From Lytechinus pictus (Eukaryota), in assembly GCF_037042905.1 (NCBI RefSeq), contig NC_087245.1:14634001-14698000 (forward strand): a stretch of DNA of 64,000 bases, given 5' to 3'. Of the stretch, positions 53,240 to 64,000 are shown piece after piece (positions within the stretch are counted from its first letter, which is position 1; the number at the start of each line of letters is the position of its first letter). The notes beneath the pieces are model-generated. The model saw only the letters and a program-made list of their open reading frames with translations. It was not told the origin of the DNA and made no database searches. Both the position numbers and the translations under genes were made by a program.

Positions 53240-55350
53240 ATGATTTTTGTTTTGACGATTAACGAAAACACAAGTCTCAAAAGTATAGAATGTTTTAGAG
53301 AATGTTTAGCACAAGCCGACTGGTCCCAGGTGTACATAAATTTCGACCCTAATGAGGCATATAATATTTTTGTTAACAGGTTTCTAATTTGTATAATGCC
53401 AATATTCCATTAAAGTCTTCATCCCGGAACTACAAAAAAAACTCCGAGATCTCACTGGATCAATGTCTCTTCTTCGTTGTATTAATCGGAAAAATCGTCT
53501 CTTTTATAAGCACAAAAAATTAAATCAGATCAAAGTAAACGTCGATACTCTTTATATCGTAATACCCTTACTACTTTACTTCGGACCGCTAAAAAGAATT
53601 ATTTATCTAGACAATTTGAAGAAAACAAATATGATGTCTCAAGTACGTGGATGATGATAAACAATGTTCTAAATAAAAAAACAAAATCACCATCTATTTC
53701 TACAATTATGATAAACAGCTCCGAAAAAAGAAATCCAATGTTGATTGCTGAAACATTTAATGATTATTTCATAAATATTGGCCCAAATCTTGCCCGCGAC
53801 ATTCCATATTCTGATGTTGATTTTTTTTTTACTCCCATTACTTCTCGTGAAATTATGATCATTGTTAAAGATTTGAAAACTAAAAAAAGCTCTGGCTATT
53901 ATAATATTACGAATTTTCTTTTGAAGAAGACTGTAAATGAAATAGTACAACCGCTAACTTATTTATTCAACTTATCTTGAACAACTGGGGTAGTACCAGA
54001 AAAATGAAAATATCAAGGTCATACCGATACATAGAAAAAGGAAATAAACATGATATTGGAAATTATCGTCCCATTTCGCTCTTAAGCTCTTTTTCCAAAA
54101 TTCTTGAAAAACTAATATACTCCCGCACTGTTAATTTTCTAAATAAATATAATATTTTATCGAAGGTTCAATTTGGTTTTATAAAGAAACATTCAACTAC
54201 CCATGCATTACTAATGTTTATAGATAAAAAAGCTACATCAATAGACGCTTTTTCTCATACTGTTGGTTTATTTCTGGACTTCTCCAAGGCCTTCGATATA
54301 CAATTAATCATAACATTCTTATTTTCAAATTATCACATTATGGAATACGTGGAAAGGCCTTGGAGTGGTTCAGAAGTTATCTATCTAACCGTCAGCAGTT
54401 TGTATGTATTAACAATCAAGAATATCATAAAAAAAAATTATTACATGCGGAGTGCCCCATGGGTCTTTATTAGGCCCTTTATCATTTCTCATTTACATTA
54501 ATGACTTTCAAAATTGTTCTAATATTCTTTCATTCCTTCTGTTTGAAGATGACTCTAATATATTTATCTCTCACAAATATCCCCAAACTCTCTTACATAC
54601 ACTAAATCATGAACTGATTTTTGTTCTTAATTGGATACATTCCAATAAATTGTCTCTTAATATCAATAAATCAAATTATATCTTATTCAGTAATAAGATC
54701 GCTAATTTACCCGGACCTGTATTTTTAAACAACACACCTCTTGTAAAGGTTGACACGACAAAATTTCTTGGAGTATATATCGACAGTAAATCAACTTGGA
54801 AAGCCCACATTAATCACATTAGTAAAATCATATCCAGAAATACTGGTCTCATCTGCAAACTTAAGTCATCTTTTCCCACCCGTGTCTTGTTATGTTTATA
54901 CTCCACTCTAATGCCGTATTTAAATTACGATATCCTTTCTTGGGGGAACAGTTCAAAACTTCATATCAATAAAATTTTACTTATCCACAAAAGACTAATA
55001 AGAATTATTAATAATACAAGTTACCGGGCTCATTCTATGCCACTCTTTTATTCATGTAATGTTCTACAAATCCATGATCTTTATGCATTTATTTAACCTT
55101 GGAATATTTATGTTTCAACTCTCAAGAAAAGAATTACCCACTACCGTATCTTCTCTATTTAGAAGGAATGACGAGATTCACAGCTATCCTACTCTTCCAC
55201 GTATACTCGTACAGCTTTTTCACATAAAACAATTATTGTCACAGGTCCATTATTTTGGAATGATCTACTAACCTACTTTAAAGATTGCGATTTTATATAT
55301 ACTTTTAAACGTCAATTGAAAACTGACATTTTAAACAAATATCTGAATGA
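53240..55350 (+). pseudogene. Decayed CR1/L2-group LINE ORF2 (reverse transcriptase), 5'-truncated
   Basis: GNYRPISLLSSFSKILEKLI, FLDFSKAFD, GSLLGPLSFLIYIND, LFEDD (mutated FADD), KFLGVYID; several frameshifts; probable 3' UTR to AATAAA/A-run near 55826-55852. Confidence 0.92.
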
Positions 55351-57769
55351 CAATTCATCGGCTCCCTGGTGTTCCTCTTAACTATTGTCAGTCCACCTCC
55401 CATTGTTTTTGGTTTTTTCCTTCTTTCTCTCGTTTTTTTAAGGAAATATTTTTTTCTCTTTCTCTTTCTTTTCTTGTAACAGTTTAATATTAAAACAAGT
55501 TGACAATTACTTGTGATTTCAATAGTTTGCCATTCATATCCTCATCTTATTGATATATCTGTCTCCAATCTGAACGTTCAATTGTATAATATTTGTCTTA
55601 TTTATTATGAATAATTGTGATGTAATAATTTTTTTTTTACCTTGATTTACCTTGATGTTGGGCATAAAGTATAGAAGACTTATTTGCCCCTCTGCATCTT
55701 CTTAGAACTTGTCCTCAGTAATAAACCTAACAATTTCACATGCATGTATTGTATTTTTTTATTATCAATGATTTACTGTCTTTCGATGGACGTTACATTG
55801 TATTTGATATTTTATGAGATATGAAAATAAACTTACCCTAACCAAAAAAAATAATGAAATAACCCAAGGAGCAATTTGTGGACTTCGCCCTCTGCTTTTT
55901 ATCACGACGACACTGCGCATGAGCAAATTTCATTAATTTTCGCTGCACTACGTGTACATACCGTATTTACCGAACCGCCTGAACGCAACGCTGAAGTACT
56001 ACGATCATGACGGAAAAATAAAAACTTTACACCAGCGAAAATTCATACCCAACAGTTTCTCAGCTAACGGCGAATAATATTTTTTGAGGAATAGGACATG
56101 TTTCATCGTATATTTGGTATTAAGGTAGGTATCAAATATTTGAAATATTAGTATATGGTATAGATAGTGTCTATAAAGTAATCTGTTTGAGAAACATGTT
56201 ATGAAATCAATAAGAACGTAATTTTTACAGTAAGTTTACTAATCGATTTCAGAAATGGGATGCAGCGCAGTCCGTAGACCAAAAGCTTCAGTCTCTGTAT
56301 TTTGGTTGTTCCGCTGAACTGCGTTGGCTCCACTCACCATACATAGACTGAAGAGGAGGGGGGCTGTGGAGCCGTGATATGTGCAAACGCCGGGATATGT
56401 GCAAACAACGGTATATGTGCAACATTTCGCCGGGATTTGTGCAAACAACGGAATTTGTGCAAACGCCACGCCGGGAAATGTGCAAATCTGTCAAAATATA
56501 TCAACGGCATCTGTTCAAACGTGACGACGTGATATGTGCAAATGAACAATTTTCACGGGAAAAGTGCAAACCTCCGGGATATGTGCAAATTACTGTTTTT
56601 ATCCATATTAAGGATATTTCTCATGAAATGTTTCATAACATTACTGTTAAAATGAGAAACATGCCTGCATAAGGAAGAAGCTACAGCTAGTTTCATCGGC
56701 AATGAAACGCTTTTCAGAGAGGCAGTGGGGGGGGGGGTACCAGGCTTAGTGGACATTTGCTCTGGCGACGATGGAAATTCTAAACATTAAGCGAAACATA
56801 AAAGCTAACCTCCAAAACTAAATACACCCTAATCGTAATCATGACAATATTCTGAACCATAAACTCTATCACAATCCTAACACTAATCCTATGCCTTCTG
56901 AGATATTAATTGTCGCAATTTTCGCGGGAGTATATGTCGTGTCACCTTAAAGGGAGATTTAGTACTGTTTCGAACACTGCATGGGGCAATTATTAAAGCG
57001 GGTGGGAGAGGCAAGCATGATTTCCACTGATACACACATTGAACTTGATCTGTTGATTTCATTTCCAGATTTCATCAGAAGTTGTCGAATTTCTTTAAAA
57101 TTTAATTATAAACCCAAAATGTCTTGATTACTATGCCATTTGATATTATTTTTTTATGAATCTATGAACATTCAAACAAGACATTGTTTCCAATCTCTTT
57201 TAACACACCCAAAGTGACGCCAGCTTGTGTAATATCAGCCACATGTGTAAAAACACTGTACCCACTAACGTATATACAAATATTTCCCACACAATCATGT
57301 CATACTAGCGCACTTTACCAACAAGAGGCATTAATTTTGAACTATATACCCACAAATGCAATGCACTTTACTCTCTAAATAAAATATTTTTAGGTTGCAA
57401 TTCATACACCTCGATTTTACAACGAATGTTCCATATGATATGAATGCAGGGGCTGCGATCCGGGGGGGGGGGGGGGGCAGGGGGTTCACAGTGCCCCCAA
57501 TTTTTGAAGCACTAAACAGTTTTCCCTTTTAACCCAAGAACTTTGCCCCTTTCATCTTAGAAGAACCTGTTTTATGTGTTAAAGTGTGCCCCTTTACCTT
57601 TTTATAAATATAAGTGCCCATTCTCGTATCAGATAAGTTTCCATTCCTTAAAACCGCTCTTTTCATGCCCTGTCATTGCCCGTTTTCCTTATTTCGCGTT
57701 CTTATCCCTTCTAAAAGTGCATATTTAAATAATAAAAATCCTTTTAAAATGTTCCTCTCGCCCCTTTAA

Positions 57770-58553
57770 CCCTATCTAGACCGGGGGGGGGGGGGCGTCG
57801 GAGGCCCCCCTCCCCCCTCAACGAGTCGCGCGATATTTTCGTCGCGCAATTTTTTTTGACCGCGCTGCTCGCGGACTTTTTACTTTCAAGTCTTCCGCAC
57901 CTTTTGAGACCAATTTTGCGTCACCCGGGTACGCGGTTCCGAAGTTATGCAATGTTACGTAAGTGCATGTCAGACCAAAAATTGCTCAAAAACGTGATTT
58001 CGTGTACAAAGTCAATGTAAATTGTGTTTTCAACCAAAAATCATAAATGTATGATTATTTTTAGTTTTGCACGCCTAAATGTATGTATTTTATGCTGTTT
58101 ATGATCTTAGAAGAGTCCCCAACGAATTTCATTGAAAAAAACAATGAAAAAACAAAAGGTCCAAAAAACAAAGAAATACATACAAGAAATTGCAAAAAAA
58201 CAATATCATACATAAGAAATTGATCTGATATCACAATTTTTTCATGTACACTTGCTAAGAACATCACAAAGGGTTTCAATGCCAAATATTAGAACATTTG
58301 GAGCTTTATTTACGGAGTTAGAGGAAAAAGTATGATTTTGCATACTAATTACGCATAAATAAGCATAATTACGTAATAACGATTTGCATGAAATAAATTA
58401 CTATACAATTTTGTAGATTATATCCCAGACAACATGCGTGCCAATTTTCGGTGCGATCGCGCGGTCGACGGCCGAGATCTCAAGGGGGGGGGGCCTGGGA
58501 GGCCCCCCTCCCCCGGCCATATGAATTCCAAAAATACCCCGACCTAGATAGGG
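57770..58553. mobile_element. piggyBac-like MITE nested in the 4.6-kb element
   Basis: TTAA|CCCTATCTAG...CTAGATAGGG|TTAA. Confidence 0.85.
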
Positions 58554-59124
58554 TTAAGTTGCCCCTTTTCAGAGTGAAATTCTTCTTCTGTAGTGTGTAC
58601 ATTTTCATCTTTGATCAAGTGCCCCATATGAATATTCTGATAAATGCCCCTTCTCTTCTGGTTTGTTCAAATGTCCAATTTGCTAATATAAGGTATATGT
58701 ATTTGCAATTAGCGTCCTTTCTTTTATGCAGGGGCATCTGAGCAGAGGGAGAGGGGGGGGGGCACTTGCCCCCTTAAGAAATGTACCTCGTTCCATGGAC
58801 CCCAAAAGTTTTCAATACCAATAAAAAGAAAAGAAGAAAAGGAAAGAAAAGTGGTGAAATATGATAGTGTTCTCTATGTCAAAATATATATCAATTTTTT
58901 TTTTTTTCATTAAAAGTTTCAAAATTTTGCTCGCTCGCTCGCAGCTTTAAAGAAGTTTTGCCCCACACGCCATTTTTGCCCCACTCAATCATTTTGCTTA
59001 TTACCCTACTAGGGTACATTATGCTATTTTGTTTTTAAAAAAGTTTTTTGTTTCAAAAGAGGAAGTGCCCTTTTTCGCTGTGCCCTCCCCTCCCCTATCA
59101 ATTTTGCTCTGCCGACCCATGCTG

Positions 59125-60580
59125 GTAGTCTCCTTTTCCAGACCCAATGCGACTTTACCCTACAAGATGAAGGTTATTAGTCTACTTTTTAATACTCAAT
59201 CTTGGCCATATATTCTTCCAAACAACAGGAATAACGCTATACCTAGACTAGCTAAGCCTAGTCTTTACTCAAAACCCGGTGGTTAAAAAGAGAAATAAAC
59301 TTTACAATTTAAACCTCACCATCTTCTAAACCATTGCTATGTCATCAAGCATATGGATATAGAGTTATTATTTTCTCCAGACCCAGTCATTTGAAGAAAA
59401 AAATCAAGAATCTTCGAAACTTCAATCCCGTCATCTTCAATACTAAGAACCTGTAATGTAGCACATGGGTATACAGCGTAATTATACAGTGTACAGTGTA
59501 GTTTTTTTAATAAATGGATATGGAGTAAAGGCTATGCTATAGGTACCCGTGCTTTGTTACATGTATACTTATAGACTATTAGTTTGGAAGATGATGGGGT
59601 CTTACTATTTAAGTTTTTTTTAATCACCAGGTTTGGAGTAAAGACTATACTCTATATCCATTTTTGCCCACAGATATGAGACGGTGGGGTCGTCAAATTG
59701 AAGATCTGCTAATTTTTTTAATAACAGCGTCTGGGGTAAAGACTGTGCTCTTATATCCATGCTTTCTTACAGGGTCTTATTTTTGAAGATTATAACATAA
59801 TTTTTTTTAACGGGTCTGGAGTAAAGACTACGATATGTACCCTTGCTTTATAACGGAGTCTTAGTCTTGGGTCTTAATTTTGAAGGTTTTTTAATCAAGG
59901 GTCTGGAGAAAAGACAACGCTTTATATCCATCTTTTTCACAGGAATGAGACTGTGGGGTCTTGAAAATTTGTTTAAATAAACGGGTCTGGAGAATTGAGA
60001 ATACGTTATATACACGTTCTTTATAACAGAGTCTTAGTAGTGAAAGATGGCGGGGCTTAAATAGTTTTGAATTTGTTTAATCACCCGGTCTGGAGCAAAA
60101 ACTAGACTTTAAACCCAGTACTAGTAACCACCGATATCTCAGTTGGTAGAGCGGAGGACTGTAGATGATTGATGATTAACCTTATGTCGCTGGTTCGAAT
60201 CCGGCTCGGTGGATGTGGGTTTTTTTTGGCGCAAATATTCACTACTGAATGACACGCGCCGTATAAGCTAAAACAACAACAACAACAACTTATTCGATAG
60301 GAATTAGACGGTGAGGTATTAAATTTGATTTTTTTTTTTATTGATACAACAAGGTCTAGGGTAAAGATTACATTCTATATTCATTTCTACAAGGTCTTAA
60401 TTTGGTAGATGGTGAGGTGTTGCATTTTTTTTAATTATTTTTGAATGGCTATGCTCCTTATGTATGCTTTAGTACAGGATCTTAGTTCAGAAGGATCTTC
60501 AAATGATTAAATGACCGGGTCTGGAGCATTAAAAGACTACACTCTACATCCATGTTATTCCAAAAGATAGTGGGTCTTCA
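59125..60580. repeat. Degenerate ~70-100-bp repeat array with orientation switch near 59490
   Basis: GGGTCTGGAGTAAAGACT...TATATCCAT motif recurs on + from 59515 to 60560 and on - from 59125 to 59480. Confidence 0.7.
60128..60213 (+). tRNA. tRNA-Tyr(GTA) with 13-nt intron (60165-60177), probably a pseudogene
   Basis: Acceptor CCACCGA/TCGGTGG + A73; CTCAGTTGGTAGAGCGGAGGACTGTAG; GCTGGTTCGAATCCGGC; T8 terminator at 60220; mismatches at pairs 10:25 and 31:39. Confidence 0.85.
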
Positions 60581-62624
60581 ATTTAAGGTTGGTGCCCCCC
60601 CCCCCCCCCCCTCCCCGCCACCTCTCTGAAAAGCGTTTCATTGCCGATGTCATTGTAGCTTCTCCCTTATGCAGACATGTTTCTCATTTTTAACAGTAAT
60701 TTTATGACTGAAACATTTCATGAGAAATAGCCTTTATATGGATAAATGCAGTGATTTGCACATATCCCGGAGGTTTGCACTTTTCCCGTGAAAATTGTTC
60801 ATTTGCACATATCCCGTCGTCACGTTTGCACAGATGCCGTTGATAAATTTTGACAGATTTGCACATTTCCCGGCGTGGCGTTTGCACAAATTCCGTTGTT
60901 TGTACAAATCCCGGCGAAATTTTGCACATATACCGTTGTTTGCACATATCCCGGCGTTTGCACATATCACGGCTCCACAGGGGCCCCTACCTACATATGC
61001 AAGGGTGTACGAAAAATGTTTGAGGGTGTGAAGTGTGGGGGTTTGTGGAGGGAAGGGGGGGGGGGGGGCAAGGAGGGGGCAGGTGCAACGCATATACTTT
61101 TATAAGTTTTTTCTCTGATATTTGTTTGTTAAACTCATCTGGTAGTGGTACGATGCAGTCTTAGAATATTATTTCATGATGTGCATAATGTATACTAGTT
61201 TAAGAAATTTATTTGAATTATTATTTACAATTGTTACTTTGTTAACTGCATTGTATGAAATTTGATTTGAGAGAAAAACAATAAAACATCTTTAAAAAAA
61301 AGTATATTGCCATGTAGGTGTGCTGATTGCTGGTGGTAATTTTATTTGATTCATTAATTCATTTTAGTAATTATGTCTGACTACTGGTGTTGTAATTGTG
61401 ACCGTAATTTGACTAATCATCCTAATAAAAGAAGAACTTTGAATGCAAAAATGGATCACCGTGATTACACCACTGCTGACGCTGTCGAATCATTAGGAAT
61501 TAAAGTGACACCCGATCAAAAATAAAAAAAATTCATTTGCGACAGATGCAAAATAATTTTGAAATTATCTGAAAGTAATTCAAATGTAATTGAAAATAAA
61601 TCCAAATTAAAGAAAATTAGTAGAATCAATGTTTACTTGGGGAGGAAGGTGAAGGTGACCAGCTATGCTTCGCCATTTCTTCGAAAGAAACGAAGACGAC
61701 TGACAAGCCCACAAGCACAGACACCCCTTCAAAAAAAGATGTGACGACACAAACACAGCCAGAAAAACGGCGGGTAAGTTTCTCTTTAAATCACACATTT
61801 CGAGACTTGATTGTCCATAGACACATTAAACTACATTTTACCGAGCCCAAAATGAAGAGATAAGACAATAATCTGTCAAATGATAAAAATAGAAAATCAA
61901 ATTAACCACAAGAAAAAAAAATCAACTTGACCAGTTGGACCAGTAACTCTGGAAATTGGAGTATTGGTTTATCGGTCTGGTAATACTGTTCTAGTTACAA
62001 ATAATACTGCTCCAGTCATTGGTATTGAATAGGCCTATAGTAACTGGGATTTTAAACTGGTCTTAATTATACTGGAGTCTGTTACTGATGTTTTGGCTTA
62101 GTGGTTGGTATCCAACTGAGTGAACTCAATTGGTCTTACTGGTAGTCCCTATTGGTCTTATCGGCTGTTCATTTGGTCTTCCTGGCGTAACAGGCGCCGG
62201 GGGGGGGGGGGGGAGCTGCCCCGGCACTGGCGGATTTCACCGAGAAAAGGGCGAAAAGAGAAAAAGGTAAAATGAAGAAAAGAAAACGAGGAAAGAGGCC
62301 GGGGTGGGAGGAATGGGAAAGGTGAAAAAGCAAAGGAAAATGACAACAATAAAGAAAGAAAGAATTAGAACATGCGAGAAAGTATAGGCCTTAACATGTC
62401 TTTAGCAGGAGACTCAGTGGCATATGGACAAGAATGGTGGACAATGAGAGAAATCGACAAAAAGAGATACGAAATGAAGGTATATAGAGACAAAGGTTGA
62501 ATTTGAAAATCAGAATATGAAGAAAAGGAACAAGAAAAAAGTCAATAACACGACAAAGCTGCCGCGGATTGAAAAAAACGAAGGGAAAGAAAGTGTATGA
62601 AAGTGAGGTAAAACACGTGCTCAA

Positions 62625-63507
62625 CAGTGGCGTAACTACGGGGGGGCATGGGGGGCACGTGCCCCCCCCCCCATCGGCTGGCCAAAAAAAAAGAAGGGGG
62701 AAAAGTAGAAAAAGAAGGAGAAAAAAAGGAGAGGCGTAGTAGAGGAAGAAGAAACTAGTGCATATTCTATTATATTAAGTTATATATATATATATATATA
62801 TATTATATTATAATATATTATATTACATAAATATTTTTTTCATAACTCTAATTATGAAACATATTTTGCTAAGGGCCTATGACATTGTGTTCATCATTCC
62901 TGTTGCTCGTAATTTTGTTTGATGAAATATATGTTGTACTAAAAAATTCAGTTTTCAAGTCAATATACACCATATACATGTATTTCCTTGCACTTCGAGT
63001 TATTGTTTTATGTAGTGACATGCTTCTCACTCATGACTACTTAAAAGAAACTGCCCCTTTTTTAAAGTCTGAATATAAAATATTCCCAGTTAGTGCTTAC
63101 GTTCGCATCAATGGACTGGTGAGATATGTCTGCTCTTCATGAATTCCTGAAAACAGTCCTTAAAATTTTCCCTTTACTGGTCTGAAAACTCTATCAGAAA
63201 TTTTCAGCTCGCGCTTCGCGCTCGCATAATTTAGTAAGTGAAATACGTATGGCCTTAGTGAATTTTTACAATCAAGCCTAAGAATGCCCCTCTTCAGGTC
63301 TGAATTTCAAAAATTTCAGCTCGCGCTTTGCGCTCGCATTATTTAATCAGTGAGATACATATCTGTTTAATGAAACAGTCCTTAAAATGCTTCTATTACG
63401 TCAGTACCTGGCAATTGAGCGCGCTTCGCCAGCCCAGTAAATGACTCAAAATTTTTGCTGGTGCCCCCCCCCCCCCCCCCAATGCCGTGACCCACGGTAC
63501 GCCACTG
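62625..63507. mobile_element. Non-autonomous hAT-like element
   Basis: TIRs CAGTGGCGTA / TACGCCACTG; flanks GTGCTCAA / GTACTCAA; same GCTCGCGCTTCGCGCTCGCA motifs as 25336-26275. Confidence 0.8.
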
Positions 63508-63654
63508 GTACTCAACATCATCAGAGAATGACTGGAACTGGTCATGACCAATTGGGAATTCAATTTCAAACAAGAAATTTTATTAACCCGACCAGTTTAC
63601 TATAACATTTATCTGAAAAATATTATTCTTTTATCTCTTAACCATAGTGATAAT

Positions 63655-63840
63655 ATATATAATGAAAATAATGACAATGATGATGATGATGATAATAATG
63701 AAATAATAATAATCATAATAACGATGATAATGAAATATTACTACTACAAATATTAATACTTACAACTATAATATTTAAAAACCACAATGATTTTAGCGAT
63801 AATGATAATAATAATAGTAAATAATAGTGATGATAATTTT
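63655..63840. repeat. (AAT/GAT)n low-complexity tract
   Basis: Read directly from sequence. Confidence 0.7.
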
Positions 63841-64000
63841 ATCTTTAAAAACCAGCAAGCGCTATATGATTACCGAGGTAGAGTGTACGTATCCTTTTCA
63901 TGAATTCAAATAAGGAGCAGATCGTATAATATCGAAAGCAATATCGATATCACATTCGTGATTGTTGACGCCCTCCCCGTTCGTTTGTAAATATTTCATA

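Larger units (their letters stand above)
56365..60979. mobile_element. 4.6-kb non-autonomous TIR element (TGT...ACA, 5-bp TSD) with cargo
   Basis: ~370-bp TIRs (56365-56737 vs 60595-60979) built from CGGGATATGTGCAAAC modules; exact GGGGC on both flanks. Confidence 0.85.

Noticed and set aside
53240..55350. Active reverse transcriptase gene
   Set aside because: Multiple frameshifts, altered catalytic motif (FEDD), no endonuclease domain or ORF1.

Overview
AT-rich, intron-rich eukaryotic (animal) DNA. The gene structures and repeat repertoire suggest an invertebrate deuterostome such as a sea urchin (inference only). Two spliced + strand genes can be built by hand. (1) A two-coding-exon FAM167-family gene (10903-11277 + 18959-19237, 217 aa). 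(2) A secreted mosaic protein: signal peptide, C-type lectin domain, two duplicated Thr-rich exons and a PAN/apple-like domain (23124-49014, 323 aa, all introns phase 1). The 19-kb intron after the signal-peptide exon holds a 4.1-kb foldback palindrome (TAT...ATA ends, 6-bp TSD) and a 10.6-kb CACTA/EnSpm-like element with cargo. Its last intron holds an RLE-type (HERO-like) non-LTR retrotransposon sitting between two (TAG)n arrays. Further downstream are a decayed CR1/L2-group LINE and a 4.6-kb TIR element (TGT...ACA, 5-bp TSD) that encloses an intron-containing tRNA-Tyr(GTA) gene or pseudogene. Many MITEs, tRNA-derived SINEs, satellites and microsatellites fill the remainder. Most ORFs in the supplied track are spurious.
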